Notes under the pieces: generated by a model
Seen by the model: the letters and a program-made list of their open reading frames with translations, nothing else
Databases searched by the model: none
Told to the model about the DNA's origin: nothing
NCBI GenBank assembly: GCA_910584955.1
Contig: CAJUDC010000001.1
Span: 1 to 60,516 of the forward strand
Reading direction: 5' to 3'
Length of the DNA stretch: 60,516 nt
Source: an uncultured Paraprevotella sp.
GTDB taxonomy: Bacteria; Bacteroidota; Bacteroidia; Bacteroidales; Bacteroidaceae
Program-made: the position numbers and the translations under genes
Shown here: piece after piece, positions 1 to 12,611 of the stretch
Position numbering within the stretch: the stretch's first letter is position 1
Layout: each line of letters begins with the position of its first letter

Positions 1-62
1 ACGCGTAACAATTAAATCGGTTCGAGCAAACGGATTGGCTGCGAATTTGAGGAATCATAAAA

Positions 63-4174
<4,112 letters not shown>

Positions 4175-4323
4175 TTATAACGTGGTATCTTGTTATAAAA
4201 CATCTTTCTTATCGAACAACAAAGGCATAAACTGAAAAACGAAGATATGCAAAATCTCTAAACACACCAAACAGAACAAGAATAATGTTTTTAAAACGCT
4301 ATAAATAAATCATCAACAGTAAA

Positions 4324-4343
4324 GAAAACAGCTGGCTGTTTTC
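4324..4343 (-). terminator. Near-perfect palindrome GAAAACAGC-TG-GCTGTTTTC, possible terminator of the island operon
   Basis: Inverted repeat about 70 nt past the last operon remnant, followed by TTTAC on the minus strand. Confidence 0.35.
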
Positions 4344-4410
4344 GGATGGTTACCGCTTACCTCACCGAGATGATAAGAAATTTGCCTCGTGATTGACACA
4401 CATATTCACA

Positions 4411-4559
4411 TTATACCTGTTCTGAGACTGCGAAGTTTCCATCTGACTCTACTACGTCTATACTACATAAAGACTGATGACATTTTTCGCATAATTATTA
4501 TGGGCAGAATTTCCCCAACCACAATTATTACAGATTATCTTTCTATCATTCATACCCAT
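4411..4559 (-). pseudogene. Frameshifted, truncated zinc-ribbon gene remnant (paralog of 4559..5206)
   Basis: Minus strand reads MGMNDRKIICNNCGWGNSAHNN, then after a 1-nt deletion CEKCHQSL...EQV*; matches CNNCGWENPTDIRKCEKC of the upstream gene. Its ATG overlaps the upstream stop (TGATG). Not in the ORF track. Confidence 0.7.
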
Positions 4560-5206
4560 CACCATTTTTTCTTGAAGATAATAGAATAAATGACATCCAA
4601 TATTCCCCAAAATATGACACAACATAAATAGGCAAAATACAATAACCCGGTCTCAATGTCGTCAGACATAACCCGACTTGAATTGTATATATATTCTATT
4701 GACCAAAAAGATAGACCAACAACAAATATAATCTCTGAGAAGAAAAGAATTATACTGAATAAAAAAGATAAAATTTTACTTATACGATTTGAAGACGGAA
4801 AAAATCCATATTTGTGTTTTTGTGGAATTACCGAATGACAATTTCTATAAATAGGATAATTTAGTAATAACATAGCAATTATACTTGATATCACCACTCC
4901 AACCGGAATTGTTGATATATCAAAATCATGATGATAACGATTCCCATTGGGTGTAAGAGGTCCATAATGAGAGTATAAGAATATAACATCCCAAAAAACA
5001 GTTATAGAGCATATTAAAGCAAATACAAAAAAAACTTTCCGAAATTTCCAAAAAATCAGTTTACCTTTCTGCCCGGATTCAATAGTCTGCTTTCTATTAA
5101 GATTAGATGTAAGAGGAGGTATATCAGAAATGATAACAGTTTTACATTTTTCACATTTACGAATATCGGTTGGATTTTCCCAACCACAATTATTGCATTT
5201 TATCAT
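4559..5206 (-). CDS. Zinc-ribbon (CxxC-x10-CxxC) integral membrane protein with about 4 TM segments
   Basis: N-terminal CNNCGWENPTDIRKCEKC followed by four hydrophobic stretches. Confidence 0.75.
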   Translation of the reverse strand: MIKCNNCGWENPTDIRKCEKCKTVIISDIPPLTSNLNRKQTIESGQKGKLIFWKFRKVFFVFALICSITVFWDVIFLYSHYGPLTPNGNRYHHDFDISTIPVGVVISSIIAMLLLNYPIYRNCHSVIPQKHKYGFFPSSNRISKILSFLFSIILFFSEIIFVVGLSFWSIEYIYNSSRVMSDDIETGLLYFAYLCCVIFWGILDVIYSIIFKKKW

Positions 5207-5355
5207 TTATATATTATTCTGCGTGCAACAATATTATTCCAGTCTTCTTCAACGGCAACATCCTCAACAAGCCAAACCTCACCAAAACTTCCACGCCCGA
5301 TTTAACGAATTAGTTTGAATCGGTTATTTATATTGTATCCTTGTGCAAATGTCAT
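5203..5355 (-). pseudogene. Ser/Thr kinase remnant (N-lobe start only, with internal stop)
   Basis: Reads MTFAQGYNINNRFKLIR*IGRGSFGEVWLVEDVAVEEDWNNIVARRIIYK*; the glycine loop IGRGSFGEVWL is identical to kinase 5358..6851. Starts 2 nt after that gene and its TGA overlaps the next ATG. Not in the ORF track. Confidence 0.8.
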
Positions 5356-5357
5356 CG

Positions 5358-6851
5358 CTATTCAATTTGAAATTTTTTTGTCCCGGCACATTTTCCGTTG
5401 ACCCAAATTTCTATTCGATAACTTCCTGGGGACCAGTACCCTTTTTCTTCTCCTCCCCATCCAGTCAATTCAACTGTTTTAGGCTTATACTTGTTTAGGG
5501 AATAGCCGCTATCCGAATATGAATATCTGTCAGATTGCCTGCTTTTTGAAAGTCCATATGGAGTATAAAATTTTATATTAATAGAAAGATTGGTTAAATC
5601 TGAATTGCTAATCAGTGTTGCTTTTGGATTGATATATGTAGTATTTCTACTATATATAGTGGAACCATAATCCTCACCTGAATTTCTCACCTGAATGTCA
5701 GAAGCTATAACAGGAGAATTTTTCATTAAAACATCCAAGATTCCATAAAATTCTTCCTCCCGTGCAGAAGCTGCAAAGTACAGTCTTGAACAGTCTGATG
5801 ATACAGAATCATATTCTTCTTTCCAATAATTATAAGTCGCAATGAAAGAATAAATTATTATTATTACAATTCCAGCAACACCTGCAACCCATCCAAAAAT
5901 CGTTTGTTCTTTTGAAATATTAGAGCCGTTATCATTGTTTTGCAATGATTCTACAATACTTTTATGATTTGCCCTTTCATTCTCAAGAATTTTTTTCAGG
6001 GAGTTAATCTCGTAATCATATGTCTCTCTAGAGACATATTTGTCAGAATTCGCTCTATTATCCTCATTGTCTATGAGTTTCATAATATCCTCGGCAGTCG
6101 GCCTCTCCCACGGGTCTTTTGCCAGGCATTTTGCCATAAGGGAACTTAATGCCTTACTATATTTAGACGGCAATTCCGGTAATTCCGCACCATGAACCTC
6201 CATTATGCCACCTTGACCACAGAAAGGCATCTCACCCGTTGCTATTTCATATATAGTGGCCCCTAAAGCCCAAACATCCGTAGCTTTAACAGCATTCGGT
6301 TTAGCCGAAAACATTTCGGGAGCCATATAGCCGATAGTTCCGGCTTGATTAGATGAATCGTTTTGTCGGGCTGACGCTTTACGAAGCGTTGATCGCATTT
6401 TGGTACTAAGCCCGAAATCGGAGATCACATAATTCCCTTGCTCATCTTTCAATATATTGTCAGGTTTAATATCTCTATGTATAATATCATTACCATGAAG
6501 ATATGCTAAACCATTTGCTACTTCTTTGATAAAAGACCAGATTTCATATTCACCCATTTTCCCGACCTTATCACCAACGGATGATGGACAATAAGGCATA
6601 ACAAGATATGGGTTGTTTCCTACATTGTCGAAATAATCGGCACGAAGTAGGTTGGGATGATGCAAATAATAAATACTCTTAAACTCATTCTTAAACTCAT
6701 CGATACCGCGTGTATCAAGAGCTATGTAGATTTTTATGGCTACGTTCAAACCAAGTTTTTGGTCAGTAGCCAACCAAACCTCACCAAAACTTCCTCGCCC
6801 GATTGAACGGACGAGGAGATAACGGTTGTTTATAATATCGTTCGGTTGCAT
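5358..6851 (-). CDS. Hanks-type Ser/Thr receptor kinase (kinase - coiled coil - TM - extracytoplasmic beta domain)
   Basis: GRGSFGEV, VAIK, HRDIKPDN, DFG, GTIGYMAPE, DVWALG; TM IFGWVAGVAGIVIIIIYSFIATY. Confidence 0.92.
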   Translation of the reverse strand: MQPNDIINNRYLLVRSIGRGSFGEVWLATDQKLGLNVAIKIYIALDTRGIDEFKNEFKSIYYLHHPNLLRADYFDNVGNNPYLVMPYCPSSVGDKVGKMGEYEIWSFIKEVANGLAYLHGNDIIHRDIKPDNILKDEQGNYVISDFGLSTKMRSTLRKASARQNDSSNQAGTIGYMAPEMFSAKPNAVKATDVWALGATIYEIATGEMPFCGQGGIMEVHGAELPELPSKYSKALSSLMAKCLAKDPWERPTAEDIMKLIDNEDNRANSDKYVSRETYDYEINSLKKILENERANHKSIVESLQNNDNGSNISKEQTIFGWVAGVAGIVIIIIYSFIATYNYWKEEYDSVSSDCSRLYFAASAREEEFYGILDVLMKNSPVIASDIQVRNSGEDYGSTIYSRNTTYINPKATLISNSDLTNLSINIKFYTPYGLSKSRQSDRYSYSDSGYSLNKYKPKTVELTGWGGEEKGYWSPGSYRIEIWVNGKCAGTKKFQIE

Positions 6852-6863
6852 AAAAATAGAAAG

Positions 6864-8423
6864 TTAGTAACCTTGACTATAAGTAAACGAATTATTATCA
6901 TTTCGAGCTAATACATTCCCGGATGAATCCTTTATAACCAAATCAAAGGAGAGAGTTCCACTCCATCCTGGGCCCATATTTAAAGAGCCATATAGCATAT
7001 TAAACACATAGTCCTCAAAAACAGCTTCATCGTAAGTAACATTTCCTGTACCAGACACTTGAACTTGTCCCCCATACTGAGTCTTTAGCGGAGTTGTATT
7101 ATCTCCATAATAAAAAAAGCAGTATAAGTTTAACTTTGAGCCGTTATATCCAACAACATTTATTTTAGCATGAATCTTCATACCCTTTAGGAGACTAAAA
7201 AATACATTATGATCTACCCATATACGGTCAATCGATACTCTACGAGGTTGTCCAGCTTGTGTAATATCTATGCGAACCTCCTTATTACCTGCTTTAATTT
7301 TCATGTAATCACTTCGTGAGGATGAAGAAGTATTAGCATCACATACAATCTTGAAGGATGTAGATGTTTTATCAGTTATTGAACACCACGAAGGCACCCC
7401 CCATGTTGTCCAAGAGTCTGCATCGGTGGATACATAGAATGTTTCTGAGGAACGAGACGCACCGAATGATGCGCTCACAGATGTTTTACTGTCAACGGTA
7501 AGATAACTTGATTCACCGGCTCTTTTGTTGAGATATACAGATGCGGTATATTGTTTTGATCCACCCCAATAAACTTCAAACTTATATGTACCTGACGTAT
7601 AGGATGAGGTCTCTTCGTTACCCCATCCACCGATCCAAACAGTTTTGGAATCACCAGTTTCAAATGTAATATTTTGAGAATAGGTATATCCAGAAGGAGA
7701 AAATGAGCCGGTCATCATTTCTCCGTTTGGTTTAATTACCTTTACATATATTGTCTTTGATTCAGAAGAGGATGGTCCATTGTAGCTAAGTCGACAGCTA
7801 AGATATCGTATATCTGAAGCATAAAGGGCCGAGCCATACGAATTTATAATTGTATTGTCTTTTCCTCTGTTTCCAAAAGAGGCACCTGTAATAGAAAGTT
7901 GAGCAACGCGTCCCGCAGATTGAGAGACATTAACCCTAACCGATTTATTTCCCGCATTGATTTGAAACCAATCGCTTCGTGCCGATGAATTATTATTGTT
8001 TGAGCATGAAATCGTAATGGATGAAGACGAAGTATTAGAAACTGTTATCCAAGATGGTAATGCCGAAGCATTTGGCGTCCCTTGGTTTGTGGATATTGTC
8101 AGTGTTTTTGAACCGCCTGATGAGCTAAACGAAATATCCGTTGACGTAGAACTTCCATTAACGGTAAGACGAGGTAATAATTCATTGATTTTACGATCAC
8201 ATTTTCGCACGCCCTCATCTATAGCATTATCATGCTCGGCAGCTACATATCCCACATCGTATTTTGCCGATTGGAATTTCTTTTTGGCTGTTTGATATTG
8301 TGCGATTGTTGATGCACTTTGATATAAAGACTGAGCTTCATTCAAAGTTTTATTTATACCGCATAATCCTATAACAGTGCAGATGAAGCATAACAATATA
8401 GTCGTGAATATTCGTTTCATCAT
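6864..8423 (-). CDS. Secreted protein with two BACON-like domains and two further beta domains
   Basis: Signal peptide; two repeats with the pattern F..S..S.T...ST....PSW.....(I/F).I.C..N..SS.RSD...I.AGNK.VR....Q, typical of BACON domains. Confidence 0.75.
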   Translation of the reverse strand: MMKRIFTTILLCFICTVIGLCGINKTLNEAQSLYQSASTIAQYQTAKKKFQSAKYDVGYVAAEHDNAIDEGVRKCDRKINELLPRLTVNGSSTSTDISFSSSGGSKTLTISTNQGTPNASALPSWITVSNTSSSSITISCSNNNNSSARSDWFQINAGNKSVRVNVSQSAGRVAQLSITGASFGNRGKDNTIINSYGSALYASDIRYLSCRLSYNGPSSSESKTIYVKVIKPNGEMMTGSFSPSGYTYSQNITFETGDSKTVWIGGWGNEETSSYTSGTYKFEVYWGGSKQYTASVYLNKRAGESSYLTVDSKTSVSASFGASRSSETFYVSTDADSWTTWGVPSWCSITDKTSTSFKIVCDANTSSSSRSDYMKIKAGNKEVRIDITQAGQPRRVSIDRIWVDHNVFFSLLKGMKIHAKINVVGYNGSKLNLYCFFYYGDNTTPLKTQYGGQVQVSGTGNVTYDEAVFEDYVFNMLYGSLNMGPGWSGTLSFDLVIKDSSGNVLARNDNNSFTYSQGY

Positions 8424-10048
8424 TATCCTCCAATATTAGAATTATAGAACACAATATCATTATTACTTAAAGTTATCTGGCTTTGCCCTGAAGGATTGCC
8501 ATTTAATGCGATAATAACACTCTGATTCTCTCCTGGTATAATCGAAATAGTTGCCTGGCCTCTGAGAACATTTGAACCATTTGAATTTTTCAATTCATAA
8601 CGAATGGTGACACCGTTAAGGGAAGATGAATTCAAACCATTATAATTTATCACCAAGTTATTTTCGTTAATGGTAGCATTAGTTACGGCCATGTATGCGC
8701 CACTGCATCCGCTACTTTGCACAATTCTTGATAAAGCACTGTCGATAGATGGACTGTTTTTAATGTTAGATGCTATATGATAGTACATTATTGCAGTTGA
8801 AATATCTTCCGCAATATTCAATTGTCCTTCCGCAGAACGTATCCATGCGATTTGTGCCTCATCAAGTTTGTTTGACAAGGAGGATTCTAATGCCTTGATG
8901 GAATTCTCTTGCTTAGATGATATGAAATGATATTCGTTTTGATAGCGATTTAGTGAATCTATCAACTCTTTTGCAGAAACGAGTGAATTATAGTTTTGAG
9001 CACTCCCGACATTTATATTATTCTCACACATTGATTTCAGATTGGAATATCTCTGTTCTATCAAAAGTTGCTGAGAGTCATTCTTAGATTTTCCTCCGAG
9101 AATGAATACACATAATGATGTGATAGCTACTGCGCATATCGCAATAATCGCAATCCATTTTTTTGATGATTTTGGTTCTCCTTGAATTTCTGGAGAATTG
9201 GTTTCACCCGATTTCCATTTACTCCATGATAAATCTTTACCTTTCAAAACCTGTTGAGTATAATCGACCAAGTCTTCTGCTGTCGGTCTATCCCAAGTGT
9301 CTTTTGACAAACATGCCTGCATTATTTCATTGAGATTACGCGACCATTTGTCATCAAGCTCAGGAAGGGCACCACCAGCATTAAGCATGCCTCCACCTTG
9401 TCCCATAAATGGTAAATCGTTAGTCGCAATCTCGTATATAGACACCCCAAGCGACCATATATCACTCGCTTTTACTGCCATAGGGTCTTTAAGGAATCTC
9501 TCAGGACCCATATACGCAATAGCACCTGATTCAATAGAACGTTTTGACTGTTTGCGCATAGTGGTACGCATCTTCTTACTGATACCAAAATCAGTAATCA
9601 AATAATTCCCTTGTTCATCTATTAGAATATTCTCAGGCTTTATATCCTGATGAACAATAGGCGGTTCCTGCGCATGCAGATATTTGAGGCCATTTGCAAC
9701 ATCATGGATAAACTTCCAAATATCCGCTTCAGAAGCGTACCCACCGATGCTCCCGGCAGAACCACGAGAACAATATTTCATGATTAGGTAAGGACGATGA
9801 TCCCACACACTATAATACTGTGCAGTGAGAAGATTCTCATGGCTTAAGCCATATGCTACTTTGTATTCTTCTTTAAATTCATCCTGTCCTTTTAGGTCGA
9901 GCGATATATATAGTTTTATAGCGACATCTATGCCAAGCTCACTGTCTTCAGCAAGCCAAACTTCTCCGAAGCTACCACTCCCTTTGTATTCCTTTAAGAT
10001 ATATCGACTGGCAATCGTTGTGCCTTGTTTTAGTTCTGGTCCGTACAT
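8423..10048 (-). CDS. Hanks-type Ser/Thr receptor kinase, non-RD (kinase - TM - helical and beta ectodomain)
   Basis: GSGSFGEV, VAIK, HQDIKPEN, DFG, YMGPE, DIWSLG; TM WIAIIAICAVAITSLCVFILGG. Confidence 0.92.
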   Translation of the reverse strand: MYGPELKQGTTIASRYILKEYKGSGSFGEVWLAEDSELGIDVAIKLYISLDLKGQDEFKEEYKVAYGLSHENLLTAQYYSVWDHRPYLIMKYCSRGSAGSIGGYASEADIWKFIHDVANGLKYLHAQEPPIVHQDIKPENILIDEQGNYLITDFGISKKMRTTMRKQSKRSIESGAIAYMGPERFLKDPMAVKASDIWSLGVSIYEIATNDLPFMGQGGGMLNAGGALPELDDKWSRNLNEIMQACLSKDTWDRPTAEDLVDYTQQVLKGKDLSWSKWKSGETNSPEIQGEPKSSKKWIAIIAICAVAITSLCVFILGGKSKNDSQQLLIEQRYSNLKSMCENNINVGSAQNYNSLVSAKELIDSLNRYQNEYHFISSKQENSIKALESSLSNKLDEAQIAWIRSAEGQLNIAEDISTAIMYYHIASNIKNSPSIDSALSRIVQSSGCSGAYMAVTNATINENNLVINYNGLNSSSLNGVTIRYELKNSNGSNVLRGQATISIIPGENQSVIIALNGNPSGQSQITLSNNDIVFYNSNIGG

Positions 10049-10103
10049 GTGAGATGTTTAATTAAGAGTGATCAAAACTCTATTAATTCATCTGGGGAGT
10101 CAG

Positions 10104-11756
10104 TCATACCGTTCCCCCTCTTGATTCTCCTTCAGTAGGTGTAAGCTCATTTCGATTTTGGCCTCTATTACTATTACTCGGAGCTAAATATCTGTTTAAC
10201 TCAAAAATACCGTGTTCCCATTTATCTGGCAGGAATTTCTTAAAATCACAGATTTCATCAAGTAATGTATTATACTTCCTGTTTCCCGTAGATGTAAGTT
10301 TCCCATTATAGAAGACAAGCTCATTTAGATATTCAGCCCTACTTTCCACTTTGGCAACCTCTCCATCACATTTCTTCCGGTCCTCTTCATTATCACCAGC
10401 AGTGCTAATCATATCTCTAACAGATGCCACAACTAATTTTAATGCATCTTGAGGGCATTTGTCTAATCTTGTAAACAAAGATGCTTTCCATGAAATAACT
10501 CCCGAAGAACCGACAGAAACCTCCGAAACAAGTACATCCCTATCAGACTTGTTTTTGCTATTCGTGGATTTACTCCCCGGTTTTGTTGTATCAGTCCTAG
10601 TTTCTTCTATTTTAGGTTCGACACAATCTTTTCCTATAACGACACCGTTTCGTTTTGTCGAATCGTCCTCTGCTATAATTTTATCTTGAATGTTTTGTTC
10701 TCCTTTTTGGACTCCAAGATAGAAGAAGCCCACACACAGAACGGCGACTAAAACCAACACTCCTCCTGCACCAAGGGCTCTCCTTATCTTCAAAGATTTT
10801 ACACCTTTTGCGTTTGTGTTGTCGGTTGGATTCTCCAGTGGGACCAATTCACTTTTGGAGGCTTTTCCGGCACCGGATTCAATCTGGCATAATAATACCG
10901 TAACATTATCATACCAATCAGCTTTTTCTGCGGCATCTAATAAGGCATCACGGCACTCTGTCATTGAAGACGTATGAGCAGCAATGATATCCTCAATATT
11001 CTCGCCGGGATAGTATTCGCCATTGTGGTCTTTAGTCTTACGGTCACGCAAAACGCCACTTAAACCGTCACTGCACAAAAGTATTATATCTTCGTTATAG
11101 ATATCAAACTGTCTTGTCTCAGGCTTGGCTGCATTGTTAGGGTCTCCTAAACTACGAGTCACTATATTCCCTTGCGGATGTTCAAAAGTATCCTCATATT
11201 TGAGTGCTCCCTGATTCACCAATTCCTGTACATAGGAATGATCTCTCGAAAGAGGTTCCAGTCCATTAAGTGGATTATAACGGTATGCCCTGCTATCACC
11301 ACACCAACTTAACGTCATCTTATCACCAACTATCCACGCAAGGATAATTGTTGATCCCATTCCCTCATGCGCAGGATTCTCTTTCGCATCCGTTTTGATC
11401 CGTCTATCGGCTTCCTTAATAACAAATTCAAGATACTTTCTACGTTCAACGGGGGATTCGGCCAACTTAGGAGTTATCTTGCCGGGAGCAAAATAGTCTT
11501 TTACCGTTTCAATGGCAAGCTCGGAAGCCACTTCTCCAGCGTTCATACCTCCCATACCATCTGCGACCACCATTAAGCAACCGCAATCGGACATAGCTAT
11601 ATTCTCATCTGTCTGAAAACGACCAAGTATATCGTCATTCAAGTCGTCATCAACATAGAAATTATCCTCATTGCCATCCAAAGGGGCATCAGGATTATAC
11701 TTACCCGCAGCCGCAGAGAATGCCGTCAAGCGGAATATTATTTTTTTCTTTGCCAT
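10104..11756 (-). CDS. PP2C/PPM-family Ser/Thr phosphatase with TM and C-terminal extracytoplasmic region
   Basis: NED, VADGMGG..AGEVAS, GDSRAY, DHS, LLCSDGL, DNVTVLL; TM ALGAGGVLVLVAVLCVGFFYLGV. Confidence 0.92.
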   Translation of the reverse strand: MAKKKIIFRLTAFSAAAGKYNPDAPLDGNEDNFYVDDDLNDDILGRFQTDENIAMSDCGCLMVVADGMGGMNAGEVASELAIETVKDYFAPGKITPKLAESPVERRKYLEFVIKEADRRIKTDAKENPAHEGMGSTIILAWIVGDKMTLSWCGDSRAYRYNPLNGLEPLSRDHSYVQELVNQGALKYEDTFEHPQGNIVTRSLGDPNNAAKPETRQFDIYNEDIILLCSDGLSGVLRDRKTKDHNGEYYPGENIEDIIAAHTSSMTECRDALLDAAEKADWYDNVTVLLCQIESGAGKASKSELVPLENPTDNTNAKGVKSLKIRRALGAGGVLVLVAVLCVGFFYLGVQKGEQNIQDKIIAEDDSTKRNGVVIGKDCVEPKIEETRTDTTKPGSKSTNSKNKSDRDVLVSEVSVGSSGVISWKASLFTRLDKCPQDALKLVVASVRDMISTAGDNEEDRKKCDGEVAKVESRAEYLNELVFYNGKLTSTGNRKYNTLLDEICDFKKFLPDKWEHGIFELNRYLAPSNSNRGQNRNELTPTEGESRGGTV

Positions 11757-12607
11757 TACTTTCTTTTCTTGTTTTTCTTTTTCTTTGATGAAACTGAAGT
11801 TAAGGGCGTTAGCTCATTATCTGCATTGTGCGGAATAATTAGTCTATCCTCAATGAGAGGGACTACTAAATTCCACCGGTTATCTCCCATTCCTTTAAGA
11901 AGCACACCACTTAAATAGAAAGTAATTTGCCCTATTTCGGTTTGTTCGGGGACAATGAATATACCACCCCATACGTTATTTGTAATGTTGGGAGCCTCAA
12001 CTTCATATGATACTGAATCCGACATAAATTCTACCGTACGCTTGAAAATGGTCAATTCAGGCTTTTTCCTCCCTGAATATTCATTTACCGTTGAATCATT
12101 GGCTACCCATACAAACCAACCTTCTACAGGATGCTTATAAGTCTTGATTCCAAATCCTGATATTAAGGTGTCTGTTGATGAAATGAGTGAAAGACGGTTA
12201 TCAACCATACGAAGACTATCCACTGATAAATTGAAAGGGCTTAACGTGGAATCTCTCAACTCTATAGATACGGAACGAGATAATATCGGTCTGTGAGTAC
12301 CTCTATACCTTTCAAAATTAGCATCTTGCATCCAGGGCGTTAACAAATTGGAATTAACAATGTACCCATCTTTGAGTCGTATCGCTAATGAGGCATCCAT
12401 CCCAAATTCTTCATTACCATAACGTCCAAAACGTTGGTTCGTGGTTGTATCTTCTAATTGGTAGGTTTGCTTTACAACAAACAAGCCATCTCTGATTGCC
12501 TGCTCAACGAATTGCTGATTAGGGGATTTTAAGTTAAACCCTGAGAACTGTGCGTACACAATCACAGTTAACAGTAAAAAAGTCAATATGCTAAAGATTC
12601 GTTTCAT
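11756..12607 (-). CDS. Secreted hypothetical protein (possible inactive trypsin-fold paralog)
   Basis: Sec signal ending VYA-Q; 1-nt overlap with the PP2C gene; weak resemblance to the neighbouring protease domain; Lys-rich C-terminus. Confidence 0.7.
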   Translation of the reverse strand: MKRIFSILTFLLLTVIVYAQFSGFNLKSPNQQFVEQAIRDGLFVVKQTYQLEDTTTNQRFGRYGNEEFGMDASLAIRLKDGYIVNSNLLTPWMQDANFERYRGTHRPILSRSVSIELRDSTLSPFNLSVDSLRMVDNRLSLISSTDTLISGFGIKTYKHPVEGWFVWVANDSTVNEYSGRKKPELTIFKRTVEFMSDSVSYEVEAPNITNNVWGGIFIVPEQTEIGQITFYLSGVLLKGMGDNRWNLVVPLIEDRLIIPHNADNELTPLTSVSSKKKKNKKRK

Positions 12608-12611
12608 ATTC

